From NCBI GenBank assembly GCA_965203805.1, contig OZ241917.1:2144001-2208000 (forward strand): a stretch of DNA of 64,000 nucleotides. The letters run 5' to 3'. A program made the translations under genes and the position numbers. The DNA comes from Candidatus Latescibacterota bacterium (GTDB lineage Bacteria; Latescibacterota; UBA2968; GCA-2709665). The notes beneath the pieces were generated by a model. The model did no database searches. It had not been told where the DNA came from and saw nothing but the letters and a program-made list of their open reading frames with translations. The first letter of the stretch is position 1. Each line of letters starts with the position of its first letter. Of the stretch, positions 20,329 through 30,617 are shown in pieces.

Positions 20329-21291
20329 ATGAGCGCCCTGCTCGACCTGACCTTTCGCGGGAATCGCCTGGCAGGATGCGTCGACGACGCCGGCGAACTG
20401 CGGCGTTCCAACGACATTGCGCACGATCCCGCGGCGCTGCACGCCCGCATGGCCGACGACGGCTACCTCTACCTGCCGGGGCTCCTCGATCCGGAAGAAG
20501 CGCTGGCAGCGCGCCTTGAAGTGATGAAGCGCCTCGCCGGGCTGGGCTCGGTGGATGAATCGCTTCCGCTTATCGAAGGGAAATACAAGCCGGGCGGCGG
20601 GCTCGGCGCGATGTTCGACTTCACACTCGATAATCCGGCCCTGATGAAACTCCTCTACGACGGCCCCATGATCCGGTTCTATGAACGATTCCTGGGCGGG
20701 CCCGTCACCCATTTCGATTATACATGGTTCCGGGTCAAGGCGCCGGGCGCCACGTCTCCCACCCAGCCCCACTACGACGTGGTCTATATGGGCCGCGGGA
20801 CCCCCCGGCTCTATACCTCCTGGACGCCGCTGGGGGACGTGCCGTTTGAAATGGGCGGTCTGATCATTCTGGAGAATTCACACAAGAGCGAACGCCTTCG
20901 GCACACGTATGCCCGCACCGACGTCGATAAATACTGCGAGAACGAAAACGAAGCCAGACGGATCGTGGAAGCCGCCAGGGTGCAGGAGCGCGAACTGACC
21001 GGCGAGGAACAGTCCCGGATCCGCTGGAATTCCACCGGGTCTTACGCGTCTGACGCCATTCAGGCCCGAAAGGAAATCGGCGGCCGCTGGGTGACGGCGG
21101 ACTACAAGCTGGGTGACGTGCTCGTCTTTTCGATGCGCACGCTGCATGCCAGTTCCGACAACCACACCGACCGGATCCGCATCTCGTCGGACTCGCGATA
21201 TCAACTCGCCTCCGAACCGCAGGACGAACGCTGGATCGGGACCAGCCCGCCGGCGCATGGCATACGAGCGAAACAGGGCATGATCTGCTGA
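20329..21291 (+). CDS. Phytanoyl-CoA dioxygenase family protein
   Basis: PHYDVVYMGRG, TLHASSDN and RISSDSRYQ motifs. Confidence 0.85.
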   Translation: MSALLDLTFRGNRLAGCVDDAGELRRSNDIAHDPAALHARMADDGYLYLPGLLDPEEALAARLEVMKRLAGLGSVDESLPLIEGKYKPGGGLGAMFDFTLDNPALMKLLYDGPMIRFYERFLGGPVTHFDYTWFRVKAPGATSPTQPHYDVVYMGRGTPRLYTSWTPLGDVPFEMGGLIILENSHKSERLRHTYARTDVDKYCENENEARRIVEAARVQERELTGEEQSRIRWNSTGSYASDAIQARKEIGGRWVTADYKLGDVLVFSMRTLHASSDNHTDRIRISSDSRYQLASEPQDERWIGTSPPAHGIRAKQGMIC

Positions 21292-21375
21292 CGCCGCGGG
21301 CCGATGGCAGCCTGAATTCCCCGAAACGCGACCGCCGGCGGATCGGTTGAGAACTGCACAGGCAAGCCCTCCGGA

Positions 21376-23298
21376 TCAGAACATGGTTTCCGTCCCTTGT
21401 TCGCGCATCTGCCGCACGAACGAATTTCCCGAAAAGTCGCCGCGGACGGCCATGAAATCGGCCGTCACGTCCTCTTCCCCGCCGTCGGCGCCATAGCCGA
21501 TTGTCGCGGCGCCGGCAAACTCCTTTTCCGCATCCGCCAGCACCTTTTTCGTGGTCGAGGCGCGCGCCTTCCGGTGCGCCGCCCTCATTTCCTCGATGTC
21601 CTCCGCCGTCAGCGCCTCCACTCCGGCGCCGGTACGGTCCCTGTACGCCCGCCGCACCCATGCCCATTCGTCCGCTTCGTACATGCTGCCGGCCGTTTCG
21701 AATGCCGCATTGAACGCCGCGACCGTGTCGATGCTTCCGGACACGATATCCTCTTCAATTTGCGCCAGGCGCGCCCCGGCAAGCAGCAGGCCGCCCACGT
21801 CCGCCCAGCGTTCGTCGTACACCTCGCCTTCATCCGGCGCCAACGCCTTCCGGTCGGCAACCCTCCGGAGAACCCTTCCAATGAGGTACATATCGATCGC
21901 CGCGGCGTAATTCCTGATGCCGTGGCGCAACACGAGGCGCCGGATCCTTACACCGTTGTGGCGCACGTGTGCCACCTCGCGCGGCGTCTTATCGTAAAGC
22001 TCCTTCAACAGCGCCTCTCCCCGCGTCATCCGCTCGACCGTATAGGGACTGAATACCTCGTACCTGATCTGGTCCCGTTTGACGGAAGCCGTTCGCCTGT
22101 CCCGGTTCGGCCACTTTTCACCGTCACGGACGGTACCGACCGTGTGGAGGTTCATCGCAGGCGTGAGAAAACTGGCGCCCTTTTCTTCGACGACGTAGGA
22201 AAACGGCAAGTCCCGAGTGTCCAGATTCGTCATGTGTTTACCGATAACAACGCTGAACGGCCCCACGGCGCTCGGCAGCAGCAAATAGGAAGTCGATCCC
22301 GTTTTGCTGCCGCGTTCCAGCACACCCTGGTGCACGGGACCGAGCTTATACATATGGTTGCTCTGGTTGGTCCCGCTGCCGGCGTTATAGAACGAAAAGA
22401 GCCCGGCGATCAGCAACGTACTCCTGTGGTGCGTTACCGTGTAGGGGCCGCCGAATACGGAACAGGCTTCACCGTTGAAGCACTCCGAATTTGCGAAGAA
22501 GAGAGAATTCTCGGCCGAAAACTGCTTCCCGATTTCTACCCCCTGTCCGATAAAGCATCTGTTGATGATGGCGCCGCTATCCACACGGGAGCCTTCGCAA
22601 ATGATGAAATCCTCGGCCACAACGGATGCGCCAACCCGTGTCTGCGCGTCCGCCTCGCTCAGGACGGTTCCGTTCTTGAGCATGGCCGCCCCTGCAACCA
22701 CCGCGCAGGAGCCGATATTCACGTCGACAATCTCATTCACATGCGCAACGACGGCGCGGTCGCCAACCGTTCCCGCGTCCGAGGAAACTTCCGCGACAAA
22801 TGCCTTCGCCATTGCCAGCAGGCGCTCGGTCATCTCCGCTCGATACCGGTGCATGCTTAGCAGGTATGCAAACTGGCAGGACATCTCGTTGAACATGGGC
22901 ACCTCACGCCCGCCCCCCTCGTTTACAGGTTCCAAGACCACGCCGTTCCCGAACGTCGCGCCGGCGCGCGTCGTGATCTGCCCCACGTCGGTTACGACCG
23001 CCCCATCCCCGATCCGGTAGTTCGCGAGGTGACTCCGGACACGCGTCACCCGCACATTGTCCCCCAGTTCGCAGTTGATCAGCGTGGCATCGGAGATTTC
23101 CGCCGGTAAATCCACACCTGCGAACGATACGGTACCTTCCAGGACGCCCAATCTTACCCGCCCACCAAAAACCGCATTCTTCACGCGACCCGGATCGAAT
23201 CCGTGCTTCACCGCCACCATCGACCAATCCGCGGCCGTGCATCCGTTTCGTTGCAGCGCCGCGACCTCAGCCCCGGAAAGCGAACGATAGCCGGCCAT
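21376..23298 (-). CDS. DUF4954-family protein (left-handed beta-helix-like)
   Basis: VNEGGGREV, GPYTVTHH and GSGTNQSNHMYKLGP motifs; start ATG 23298 after GGAGG. Confidence 0.8.
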   Translation of the reverse strand: MAGYRSLSGAEVAALQRNGCTAADWSMVAVKHGFDPGRVKNAVFGGRVRLGVLEGTVSFAGVDLPAEISDATLINCELGDNVRVTRVRSHLANYRIGDGAVVTDVGQITTRAGATFGNGVVLEPVNEGGGREVPMFNEMSCQFAYLLSMHRYRAEMTERLLAMAKAFVAEVSSDAGTVGDRAVVAHVNEIVDVNIGSCAVVAGAAMLKNGTVLSEADAQTRVGASVVAEDFIICEGSRVDSGAIINRCFIGQGVEIGKQFSAENSLFFANSECFNGEACSVFGGPYTVTHHRSTLLIAGLFSFYNAGSGTNQSNHMYKLGPVHQGVLERGSKTGSTSYLLLPSAVGPFSVVIGKHMTNLDTRDLPFSYVVEEKGASFLTPAMNLHTVGTVRDGEKWPNRDRRTASVKRDQIRYEVFSPYTVERMTRGEALLKELYDKTPREVAHVRHNGVRIRRLVLRHGIRNYAAAIDMYLIGRVLRRVADRKALAPDEGEVYDERWADVGGLLLAGARLAQIEEDIVSGSIDTVAAFNAAFETAGSMYEADEWAWVRRAYRDRTGAGVEALTAEDIEEMRAAHRKARASTTKKVLADAEKEFAGAATIGYGADGGEEDVTADFMAVRGDFSGNSFVRQMREQGTETMF

Positions 23299-23467
23299 AT
23301 GTGATTTCCCTCCTTTTCCATACCAATTCCGTGGCGCGTATCTTACTGAAAAACCGGTCATTACTGAGAATTACAGACGGGTAAGATATCCAGCTCCGTG
23401 CCCGACGGCAAGCGTTTTCTAGGGAATTCCGGTGCGTTCTTCCTCTTCATGTCGAAGGGCAAAACGC

Positions 23468-23496
23468 TTTACTTCAATCCGACCCTTTGGTATATT
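23468..23496 (+). promoter_or_regulatory. Putative sigma70 promoter for the nagB cluster
   Basis: TTTACT-17 bp-TATATT with extended TG. Confidence 0.5.
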
Positions 23497-23548
23497 GGCT
23501 GTCCTCAATAGTCCATCGTCCGTACAATCATTCGGCGAAAGGACGGCA

Positions 23549-24298
23549 ATGGCCGGCGGCATCAAACTCAGAGTATGCGAGACCAGCGCCGAGGTGGCGG
23601 TGGAAGCGTCGGAAATCATCGCAAATCTGGTCCGCGTCCGGCCAAATGCAGTGATCGGACTGGCGACCGGATCGACGCCGGAACAGACCTACGCCAGACT
23701 CGCGGAGCAGCACGACGGCGAGGGCCTTGAATTCCGCCGGGTGACCTCGTTCAACCTGGACGAATACTGGGGCCTGGATGGCGATCACGACCAGAGCTAC
23801 CGGTATTTCATGAACGACCGTCTGTTCCGGAAGATCGACATCCGGCCCTGGAACACGCATGTACTGAACGGTACCGCCGCCAATCCCGACCTGGAATGCC
23901 GGGCCTTCGAAACCGGCATCCTCGCGGCGGGCGGCATCGACCTCTGGCTGCTCGGCATCGGCACGAACGGTCATGTCGCGTTCAACGAACCCGGCAGCCC
24001 GGTGGACAGCCGGACGCGCCTCGTGAACCTGGCTCCCAGCACAATCGAGGCGAACAGCGACGGCCGTTTCTTCAAAGATGCCGCAAGCGTCCCGCGATTC
24101 GCCCTCTCGGTTGGAATCGGCACGATCCGCGAGGCCCGGCGCATTCTCCTGCTGGCCACGGGCGACCAGAAGGCTGGCGCCGTCGCACAGGCTCTGGAAG
24201 GACCTCCCACAACGGACTGCCCCGCCAGCCTGCTGCAGAGCCATCCGGACTGTACATTTATCGTGGACCGTGAAGCGGCGTCAATGCTCGCATCCTGA
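23549..24298 (+). CDS. nagB: Glucosamine-6-phosphate deaminase
   Basis: GLATGSTP, FNLDEY and GIGTNGHVAFNEPG motifs. Confidence 0.95.
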   Translation: MAGGIKLRVCETSAEVAVEASEIIANLVRVRPNAVIGLATGSTPEQTYARLAEQHDGEGLEFRRVTSFNLDEYWGLDGDHDQSYRYFMNDRLFRKIDIRPWNTHVLNGTAANPDLECRAFETGILAAGGIDLWLLGIGTNGHVAFNEPGSPVDSRTRLVNLAPSTIEANSDGRFFKDAASVPRFALSVGIGTIREARRILLLATGDQKAGAVAQALEGPPTTDCPASLLQSHPDCTFIVDREAASMLAS

Positions 24299-24382
24299 CA
24301 GAACCGGCCAACGAGAGCACACGTCGCACTGCGGCGCGACGGAGAATCCTTCAAACCATTCTGCAATTTCACGGAGCGTCAA

Positions 24383-24628
24383 ATGGATCGCGAAGAGATC
24401 AAGGCAGGCGTGTACCGGGTCATATCCAGCGTTCTAGGAATCGACACAACCGAGGTGTCGGAAAACCAGAGCTTCACGGCCGACCTCGGCGCCGAGTCTG
24501 TGCAATCCGTAGAACTCATGGCCGGCTTTGAAGAAGCGTTCGATATAGAAATGGACGAAGATGAAGCCCTGGCCGTGCAATCCGTAGGCGGCGCCATCGA
24601 CTTCATCGCAAAGTACGTAAACAATTGA
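24383..24628 (+). CDS. Acyl carrier protein with a divergent attachment motif
   Basis: 81 aa, acidic; DLGAESVQSVELMAGFEEAFDIE. Confidence 0.85.
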   Translation: MDREEIKAGVYRVISSVLGIDTTEVSENQSFTADLGAESVQSVELMAGFEEAFDIEMDEDEALAVQSVGGAIDFIAKYVNN

Positions 24629-24629
24629 T

Positions 24630-26060
24630 TTGGAAACACTTGTCCCCGATTATGCAGGAGCGTTCCCCATGAAGACAGCAGACCTGATCGAGGTCGACGA
24701 GCCCAATCTCCTCGACGAGCAATTCGACTACAATCTGCCGCCCAGGATTCTGTTCGACGGTCCTCTGTACGAAGAAATCGGCGACCGGATCGTCAGATTC
24801 GATCCGGAAGAAGCCCTCGCAAGGGACCTCGTCATCACCGACACCACATTTCGGGACGGCCAGCAGGCCCGGCCTCCGTATACGGTGGAACAGCAGGTCA
24901 GACTCTACGATATGATGGCCAGGCTCGGCGGGCCGAACGGCGTGATCCGACAGACCGAGTTCTTCCTCTATACGAGAAACGACCGGCGCACGCTGGAAGA
25001 GTGCCGTGCGCTCGGGCACCGTTTCCCCGAAATCACTTCCTGGATTCGCGCGGACAAGGGTGACTTCAGGCTGGTCAGGGAAGCCGGTGTTCGGGAAACC
25101 GGGATGCTTACGCCCAGCTCCGACTATCATATCTTTTATAAGTTGAAAAAAGACCGCAGGAAAGCGTTCAACGACTACCTGGAAGTCGTCGAAGCCGCCT
25201 GGGAAGCCGGCATCCGGCCGCGCTGCCACCTGGAGGACGTGACGCGTGCGGACGTCGAAGGCTACGTGCTGCCCTTTGTCCAGGAACTGATGCGCCGTTC
25301 CGAGCAGGTGCCGCCGGAACTCCACGCGAAAATCCGTCTTTGCGACACCATGGGCTTCGGAATAAGCTATCCCGGCGCAGGCCTTCCTCGTTCAATTCCC
25401 AAGCTCGTCTACCTAATGACCAACGACGGCGGGGTTCCGCACGATTGCCTCGAATGGCACGGACACAACGACTTCCACAAGGTCCATGTCAATGGGGCGA
25501 CCGCGTGGTTGTACGGATGCAATGCGCTCAACACCACGTTGTTCGGTTTCGGCGAACGGACCGGCAACCCGCCCCTCGAAGGGGCGATACTCGAATACAT
25601 CGGCCTTCACGGCAGCCTCCGCGGCATCGATACCATGATGATTCAGGAAATGGCCGATTACATGCGTTCCATCGGGGTGGACATTGCGCCGAACTACCCG
25701 TTTGTCGGCAGGGACTTCAACACCACGCGGGCCGGCATCCACGCGGGCGGGCTGCGGTCCGATGAACGCATCTACAACATTTTCGATACCACCGCCCTGT
25801 TCGGCCGCCCGCCCCGGGTGGCCATTACGGACAAAACCGGCGTGGACGGGGTCGCCCTCTGGGTCAACGAATTCCTGGGTCTCAAGGGCAACGACCGGCT
25901 CAGCAAAATCAGAGTGCACAAAATCGCCCGCTGGGTTATGGATCAGTACGAAGTGCACGGCCGGATGAGCGCGATCACCGACGAGGAACTGGAAGAACAG
26001 GTCAAAGTCAACCTGCCCGACCGGTACGCGACCTATCAGGCCGGCCGCAAGGCAGGCTGA
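24630..26060 (+). CDS. DRE-TIM metallolyase, Re-citrate synthase-like
   Basis: ITDTTFRDGQQ, VIRQTEFFLY, PRCHLEDVTRAD, EWHGHNDF, GERTGN and FNTTRAGIHA motifs, as I recall them from clostridial/Syntrophus Re-citrate synthases; start may be 24669. Confidence 0.8.
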   Translation: METLVPDYAGAFPMKTADLIEVDEPNLLDEQFDYNLPPRILFDGPLYEEIGDRIVRFDPEEALARDLVITDTTFRDGQQARPPYTVEQQVRLYDMMARLGGPNGVIRQTEFFLYTRNDRRTLEECRALGHRFPEITSWIRADKGDFRLVREAGVRETGMLTPSSDYHIFYKLKKDRRKAFNDYLEVVEAAWEAGIRPRCHLEDVTRADVEGYVLPFVQELMRRSEQVPPELHAKIRLCDTMGFGISYPGAGLPRSIPKLVYLMTNDGGVPHDCLEWHGHNDFHKVHVNGATAWLYGCNALNTTLFGFGERTGNPPLEGAILEYIGLHGSLRGIDTMMIQEMADYMRSIGVDIAPNYPFVGRDFNTTRAGIHAGGLRSDERIYNIFDTTALFGRPPRVAITDKTGVDGVALWVNEFLGLKGNDRLSKIRVHKIARWVMDQYEVHGRMSAITDEELEEQVKVNLPDRYATYQAGRKAG

Positions 26061-26102
26061 TCGCCCGTTTCACCTCAAATCGCCGGCTTCCGGCGGCATA
26101 TC

Positions 26103-27122
26103 GTGACGACCCGCACCGTCTCCCACACCCATCTGAACGCCTGTTGCGTTGACCTCCTGATAGCAGCGGGTGTGCCTGAACCCGACGCCCGAATCACGGC
26201 CCGCATCCAGGTTGAAGCGGATCTCCGCGGCGTACACTCCCATGGTGCGCGCGGAATTGCGGGCTATATCCGCCAGATCCTGAAAGGCGAGATCAACCCG
26301 GAAGCCCGCCCCCGCATCCTGAGCGAGGGGGCCGCGTACGTTCACATCGACGCGGATAACGCCCTCGGACAGGTTGCCGCGTACGGCGCGATGAAGCGCG
26401 CCATCCGGAAAGCCGAAGGCGCGGGCATCGGGATGGCCTCGGTCCGCAACACCAATCACTATGGCGCCGCGGCCTTCTACGCCAACATGGCGGCCGAGGC
26501 CCGTATGGTGGGCTTCAACACCACCGGCGGACGCAAGAACCGGGGCAACATGGCGCCGTACGGGAGCATCGAACCCGCCATCGGAAACGCGCCGTTCGCC
26601 TACGGCATCCCCGCAGGCCGTGAACGCCCCATCATCCTCGACATGGCCACCGGGGTGGTTGCCGCCGGCAAGATCGCCGTCGCCCGCGACCGTGGCCGGA
26701 AAATCCCCCTGGGCTGGGCACTCGACGCGGCGGGCCGACCGACCGACGACCCGGCGGAGGCGCGGATCGTCCTGCCCCTCGGACCGAAGGGGTCGGGCCT
26801 CGCCATCGTGATGCAATGTATCGGCGGCATCCTGGCCGGCGCCGCCTTTCCGGACGTGGAAAAATTCGGTTATTTGTTCATCGCGATCAGGATTTCCACG
26901 TTCGCCGATCCTGAGATCTTCGCGACGGAAGTCGACGCGCGAATCCGGACCATCCGTGAGGCCAGACCCGCGGAGGGGGTCGACCGCGTCTACTACCCCG
27001 GAGAACCCGAATGGATCGCTCGCGCGCGAAACCTCGAAAACGGCATCCCCATGCTGCTTCCGCATCTGAACGACCTGGACGCCGTTGCGGCCGAACTGGG
27101 CGTTTCGAATCGATTCGGATGA
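26103..27122 (+). CDS. Ldh_2-family oxidoreductase (AllD/YiaK/ComC-like)
   Basis: ADLRGVHSHG, NHYGAA, LDMAT and GPKGSGLA motifs. Confidence 0.88.
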   Translation: MTTRTVSHTHLNACCVDLLIAAGVPEPDARITARIQVEADLRGVHSHGARGIAGYIRQILKGEINPEARPRILSEGAAYVHIDADNALGQVAAYGAMKRAIRKAEGAGIGMASVRNTNHYGAAAFYANMAAEARMVGFNTTGGRKNRGNMAPYGSIEPAIGNAPFAYGIPAGRERPIILDMATGVVAAGKIAVARDRGRKIPLGWALDAAGRPTDDPAEARIVLPLGPKGSGLAIVMQCIGGILAGAAFPDVEKFGYLFIAIRISTFADPEIFATEVDARIRTIREARPAEGVDRVYYPGEPEWIARARNLENGIPMLLPHLNDLDAVAAELGVSNRFG

Positions 27123-27198
27123 CGCTCCCGACGTCCGGTCCTGAAGCCACGTCGTCCCGGTCCGTCTTCGATGCCCCTTCCCCCACTGCGAACAACGC

Positions 27199-27933
27199 AT
27201 GGACATCCTCGTCCTGACAGCCACCGCTCTCGAGCAGGAAACGCTCCGCGGCAGCATTCGGAATCCGGCCACGCGGACGTTCGCCCACCGCGCGCGCGCA
27301 GAGGGCCGGCTGGGGGCCCGCCGCATCGCCCTGATCGAGACCGGTATCGGCGCCGTCAACACGGCCCAGGCGCTGACCGCCGTCCTGGAATCCGCCCGCC
27401 CGCAATTCGTTCTGCAGGTCGGCGTCGGCGGCGCTTACGCCGGGGCAAAACTGAACGTGGGCGACCTTGCCGTGGCCACCGAGGAGAACGACGGGGAACT
27501 GGGGATTCTCGCCCCCGACGGATGGCTTCCGGCGGATAACATCGGCATCCCCGTCCTCAAGAACAACCGAGACCTCTACAATACCTTTCCGCTCGATACG
27601 GCCCTCGCCCGCCGCGCGACAACCCTGATCCTCGATGCCGACCGTCCGTGCGGCGCCCCGGCCGTGCGCGCAGGTCCTTTTGTCACCGTACAACAGTGCA
27701 GCGGCCTCGCCGCCAGGGGCGCCGAACTCGCGGCGCGGTACAGCGCCATCTGTGAGAATATGGAAGGCGCGGCTGCGGCGCAACTCTGCACGCTGTACGA
27801 GGTTCCGTTCGTCGAGCTTCGAGGCATCAGCAACCTCGTCGAAGACCGGAACACAGACGCCTGGAATCTCTCTCTGGCCTCCCGGAACGCACAGCAGGCT
27901 GCCCGAGTACTGATAGAAAACCTGGACCTGTGA
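27199..27933 (+). CDS. mqnB: Futalosine hydrolase
   Basis: PNP/MTA nucleosidase fold; ENMEGAAAA and RGISNLVEDR...W; adjacent to mqnD. Confidence 0.88.
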   Translation: MDILVLTATALEQETLRGSIRNPATRTFAHRARAEGRLGARRIALIETGIGAVNTAQALTAVLESARPQFVLQVGVGGAYAGAKLNVGDLAVATEENDGELGILAPDGWLPADNIGIPVLKNNRDLYNTFPLDTALARRATTLILDADRPCGAPAVRAGPFVTVQQCSGLAARGAELAARYSAICENMEGAAAAQLCTLYEVPFVELRGISNLVEDRNTDAWNLSLASRNAQQAARVLIENLDL

Positions 27934-28042
27934 ACCGCAAGTCGCATACCGGTACGGCACACCCCGTCCGCCGGGATATCCAGAAACGACTGCCGTCCCG
28001 TTGTCCCGGCCGCCGTTCGGTTTCGCGCATCTCGAGGAACTC

Positions 28043-28876
28043 ATGGCTTCCGTTTCGCTCGGCTACTCACCCAGCCCGAACGATACCTGCATCTTTTTCG
28101 GCCTTCAACAGGGCAAAATTCCCGGCGCGCCCCGGTTCGAGACGCGCCTCGAAGATATCGAAACCCTCAACCGGCTGGCCACGGATGGCCGATTGGACGT
28201 CACCAAGGTCTCCTTCCACGCCCTCGGCCGCCTCCGGGACCGGTACTGCCTCCTCCATTCGGGCGGCGCGATGGGCCGGGGCTGCGGTCCGCTCGTCGTG
28301 GCCGCCAGACCACTTCATCCGTCGGAGTTGCCTGGCGAGACAATCGCGATTCCCGGAAAACTCACCACCGCGTCGCTGCTGCTGCGGCTGTTCGAACCCG
28401 CCCTGGAAAATCTCGTCGTTCTGCCTTATCACCGCATCATGGACGCCGTCCGGAGGGGCGAAGCCGGCGCGGGGCTCATCATACACGAAAGCCGGTTTAC
28501 CTTTCCGGAATTCGGACTGCACGAAGTCCTCGACTTGGGCGAATGGTGGGAACGCACCACCCGCCGCCCCATTCCGCTGGGAGGCATCCTCGCCCGCCGG
28601 GACCTGGGCGCCGACAGGATCCTGGCCATTGATCATGCGGTACGGGGCAGTGTGGAATACGCCCGCGCCCATGCCGGCGAGGTCCGGAAACACATCCTGC
28701 GGCAAACCCCGGACATGGACGCGCCCCTCGCAAGACGGTTCATCGATCTGTACGTCAACGCGTATACCCAGGACTACGGTCCCGACGGCGAGGCCGCCAT
28801 TGCCGATCTCTTCGCCCGAGCCGAAACCGCGGGCATCATTCCTGCATCGGACAAAACCCTCTTTATCGACCGGTAA
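28043..28876 (+). CDS. mqnD: 1,4-dihydroxy-6-naphthoate synthase
   Basis: GYSPSPNDT, GRGCGPL, IIHESRFT and IDLYVN motifs. Confidence 0.92.
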   Translation: MASVSLGYSPSPNDTCIFFGLQQGKIPGAPRFETRLEDIETLNRLATDGRLDVTKVSFHALGRLRDRYCLLHSGGAMGRGCGPLVVAARPLHPSELPGETIAIPGKLTTASLLLRLFEPALENLVVLPYHRIMDAVRRGEAGAGLIIHESRFTFPEFGLHEVLDLGEWWERTTRRPIPLGGILARRDLGADRILAIDHAVRGSVEYARAHAGEVRKHILRQTPDMDAPLARRFIDLYVNAYTQDYGPDGEAAIADLFARAETAGIIPASDKTLFIDR

Positions 28877-28894
28877 GTGAAAGGAGCCGCACCC

Positions 28895-29800
28895 ATGTCA
28901 AGACCCAGAATCGGATTCATCGGACTCGGAATTATGGGAAAACCCATGTCCGGTCACCTGCTTCAGGCCGGTTACGTCGTTATGGTGCACAACCGCAGCC
29001 GGGAGCCCGTGGCCGAACTGGTTGAGGCGGGCGCCGGGGAAGCCCATTCCCCAGGAGAGGTGGCCGAAAACAGCGATGTGATTATTACCATGTTGCCCGA
29101 CTCGCCGGACGTGCAGGAAGTCGCCCTCGGACCCGGCGGCATCATCGAAGGGGTGAGCCCGGGCGACGTCTACATCGACATGAGTACCATCGCGCCCAGC
29201 GTTGCCCTCGAGGTTGGCGGGGCGATGGCGGAAAAAGGCGTCCGATGCCTGGATGCGCCGGTGAGCGGAGGCGACGTCGGCGCGCGGAACGCCACCCTTT
29301 CCATCATGGTGGGCGGCCAGGAGGAGGTATTCGATTCAGTACGACCGATCTTCGCGGCAATGGGTCAGAACGTCGTGCTGTGCGGACCATTGGGCGCCGG
29401 ACAGACCGTGAAGGCCTGCAACCAGGTTCTGGTTGCCGTCACCATCGCCGGCGTGTCGGAAGCGTTGACACTCGGCGCCAGGGCGGGCGTTGACCCTGCA
29501 AACATCGTACAGGTCCTGAGCGGGGGCCTTGCCCGATGCGGCGTACTCGAGAACCGGGGCGAGCGCATGGTCAACGGCGACTTCGACCCCGGCTTCCGCA
29601 TCCGGCTTCACTACAAGGACCTCAACATCATCATGAAAACCGGCAGCGACTACAATGTGCCGCTGCCGGTTACGAGCATCGTTCACGAACTGTTCAATCT
29701 GGCGATGGCCAAAGAACGGGGCGAACTGGATCACTCCGGTTTGCTGACCGTGGTCGAAGACTTGGCCGGTGTAAAGGCCCGCACGGCCGGGACGGGATGA
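28895..29800 (+). CDS. 2-hydroxy-3-oxopropionate (tartronate semialdehyde) reductase family
   Basis: GFIGLGIMGKPM, DAPVSGG, GQTVKACNQ and LHYKDL motifs. Confidence 0.85.
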   Translation: MSRPRIGFIGLGIMGKPMSGHLLQAGYVVMVHNRSREPVAELVEAGAGEAHSPGEVAENSDVIITMLPDSPDVQEVALGPGGIIEGVSPGDVYIDMSTIAPSVALEVGGAMAEKGVRCLDAPVSGGDVGARNATLSIMVGGQEEVFDSVRPIFAAMGQNVVLCGPLGAGQTVKACNQVLVAVTIAGVSEALTLGARAGVDPANIVQVLSGGLARCGVLENRGERMVNGDFDPGFRIRLHYKDLNIIMKTGSDYNVPLPVTSIVHELFNLAMAKERGELDHSGLLTVVEDLAGVKARTAGTG

Positions 29801-29854
29801 ATTCCCTCAGGCGATCTCAGGGCTTTCGCGTCAGCAAAGGTTGAACGAGACGTA

Positions 29855-29882
29855 AAACGCCCGGGAGATCTCCCGGGCGTTT
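29855..29882 (+). terminator. Intrinsic terminator-like perfect 28-bp palindrome at the left edge of the island
   Basis: AAACGCCCGGGAGA/TCTCCCGGGCGTTT. Confidence 0.7.
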
Positions 29883-29990
29883 CTCATTTCCTGTATGGAG
29901 GCATGGAATTGATCTGGGGCTGTGGAATTCTCTCCTCTTTGCCACCACAGGCAGATTTCGCTTTCGGATTTTGTGCCTGCCGGGAAGCAC

Positions 29991-30344
29991 TCATTTTTTC
30001 GTTCGATCCCCCTTGTAAATATCCCCTCGGGTGTCCATATCTGTTATATGGATATTGCCATCTTTTCTCTTATACACAATCCTGCATTTTCCTGCCCTGA
30101 TTCTGAACGCAGGATCGTTGGCTGGACGTCCTTCGATCTTGGAAGATCCTCTTCTATTCAAGGGGTCTTTAAGACCCTCTATCTTTGCGATTGCCACCCG
30201 TCCAACATCTGCAGGCAGACGATTCAAGAATTCCAAGACTTCATCCCTGAAGACGATTCTTGGTTCCGGCCGATCTGGGAGCTCTTTCTCTGCGGGACTT
30301 TTTCTCTTCTTCCGACGCCGTGACTCATTCACTCCATTCCCCAT
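29991..30344 (-). CDS. RelE/ParE-family type II toxin
   Basis: SSKIEG...FRIRAGKCRIVY...RGDIYK; overlaps the upstream small gene. Confidence 0.78.
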   Translation of the reverse strand: MGNGVNESRRRKKRKSPAEKELPDRPEPRIVFRDEVLEFLNRLPADVGRVAIAKIEGLKDPLNRRGSSKIEGRPANDPAFRIRAGKCRIVYKRKDGNIHITDMDTRGDIYKGDRTKK

Positions 30345-30565
30345 TTGTGCTTAAGCCTTTTGATGGCGCGATCCGACTCCTCAGCAGACAGCATCCTACT
30401 CTTGCCGGTCCGAAGATCCTCGTCCACCTGCAACGACCGAGCCAGATCAGAGTCTACGGTCCTGTCATCATCATCCTCGGAGAGAACGACTCGCCCAAAT
30501 CGCCGGTTCAGAAATCCCGTTGCAGACACCCAACTAGCCCTCAGAACATCCGTCGCATACCCCAT
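30329..30565 (-). CDS. Putative antitoxin
   Basis: 78 aa with an acidic core and C-terminal TGKSRMLSAEE; strong RBS (AGGAGG); directly upstream of the toxin. Confidence 0.6.
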   Translation of the reverse strand: MGYATDVLRASWVSATGFLNRRFGRVVLSEDDDDRTVDSDLARSLQVDEDLRTGKSRMLSAEESDRAIKRLKHKWGME

Positions 30566-30617
30566 ATCACCCTCCTTTTTGTAATTTCCCCCATACGCCT
30601 GATCTCTGCAGAAACAT

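Noticed and set aside
78-29800. Many long overlapping alternative-frame ORFs (e.g. 10186-11535, 17082-18236, 21397-22860)
   Set aside because: Shadow ORFs of real genes in high-GC DNA; no recognisable motifs
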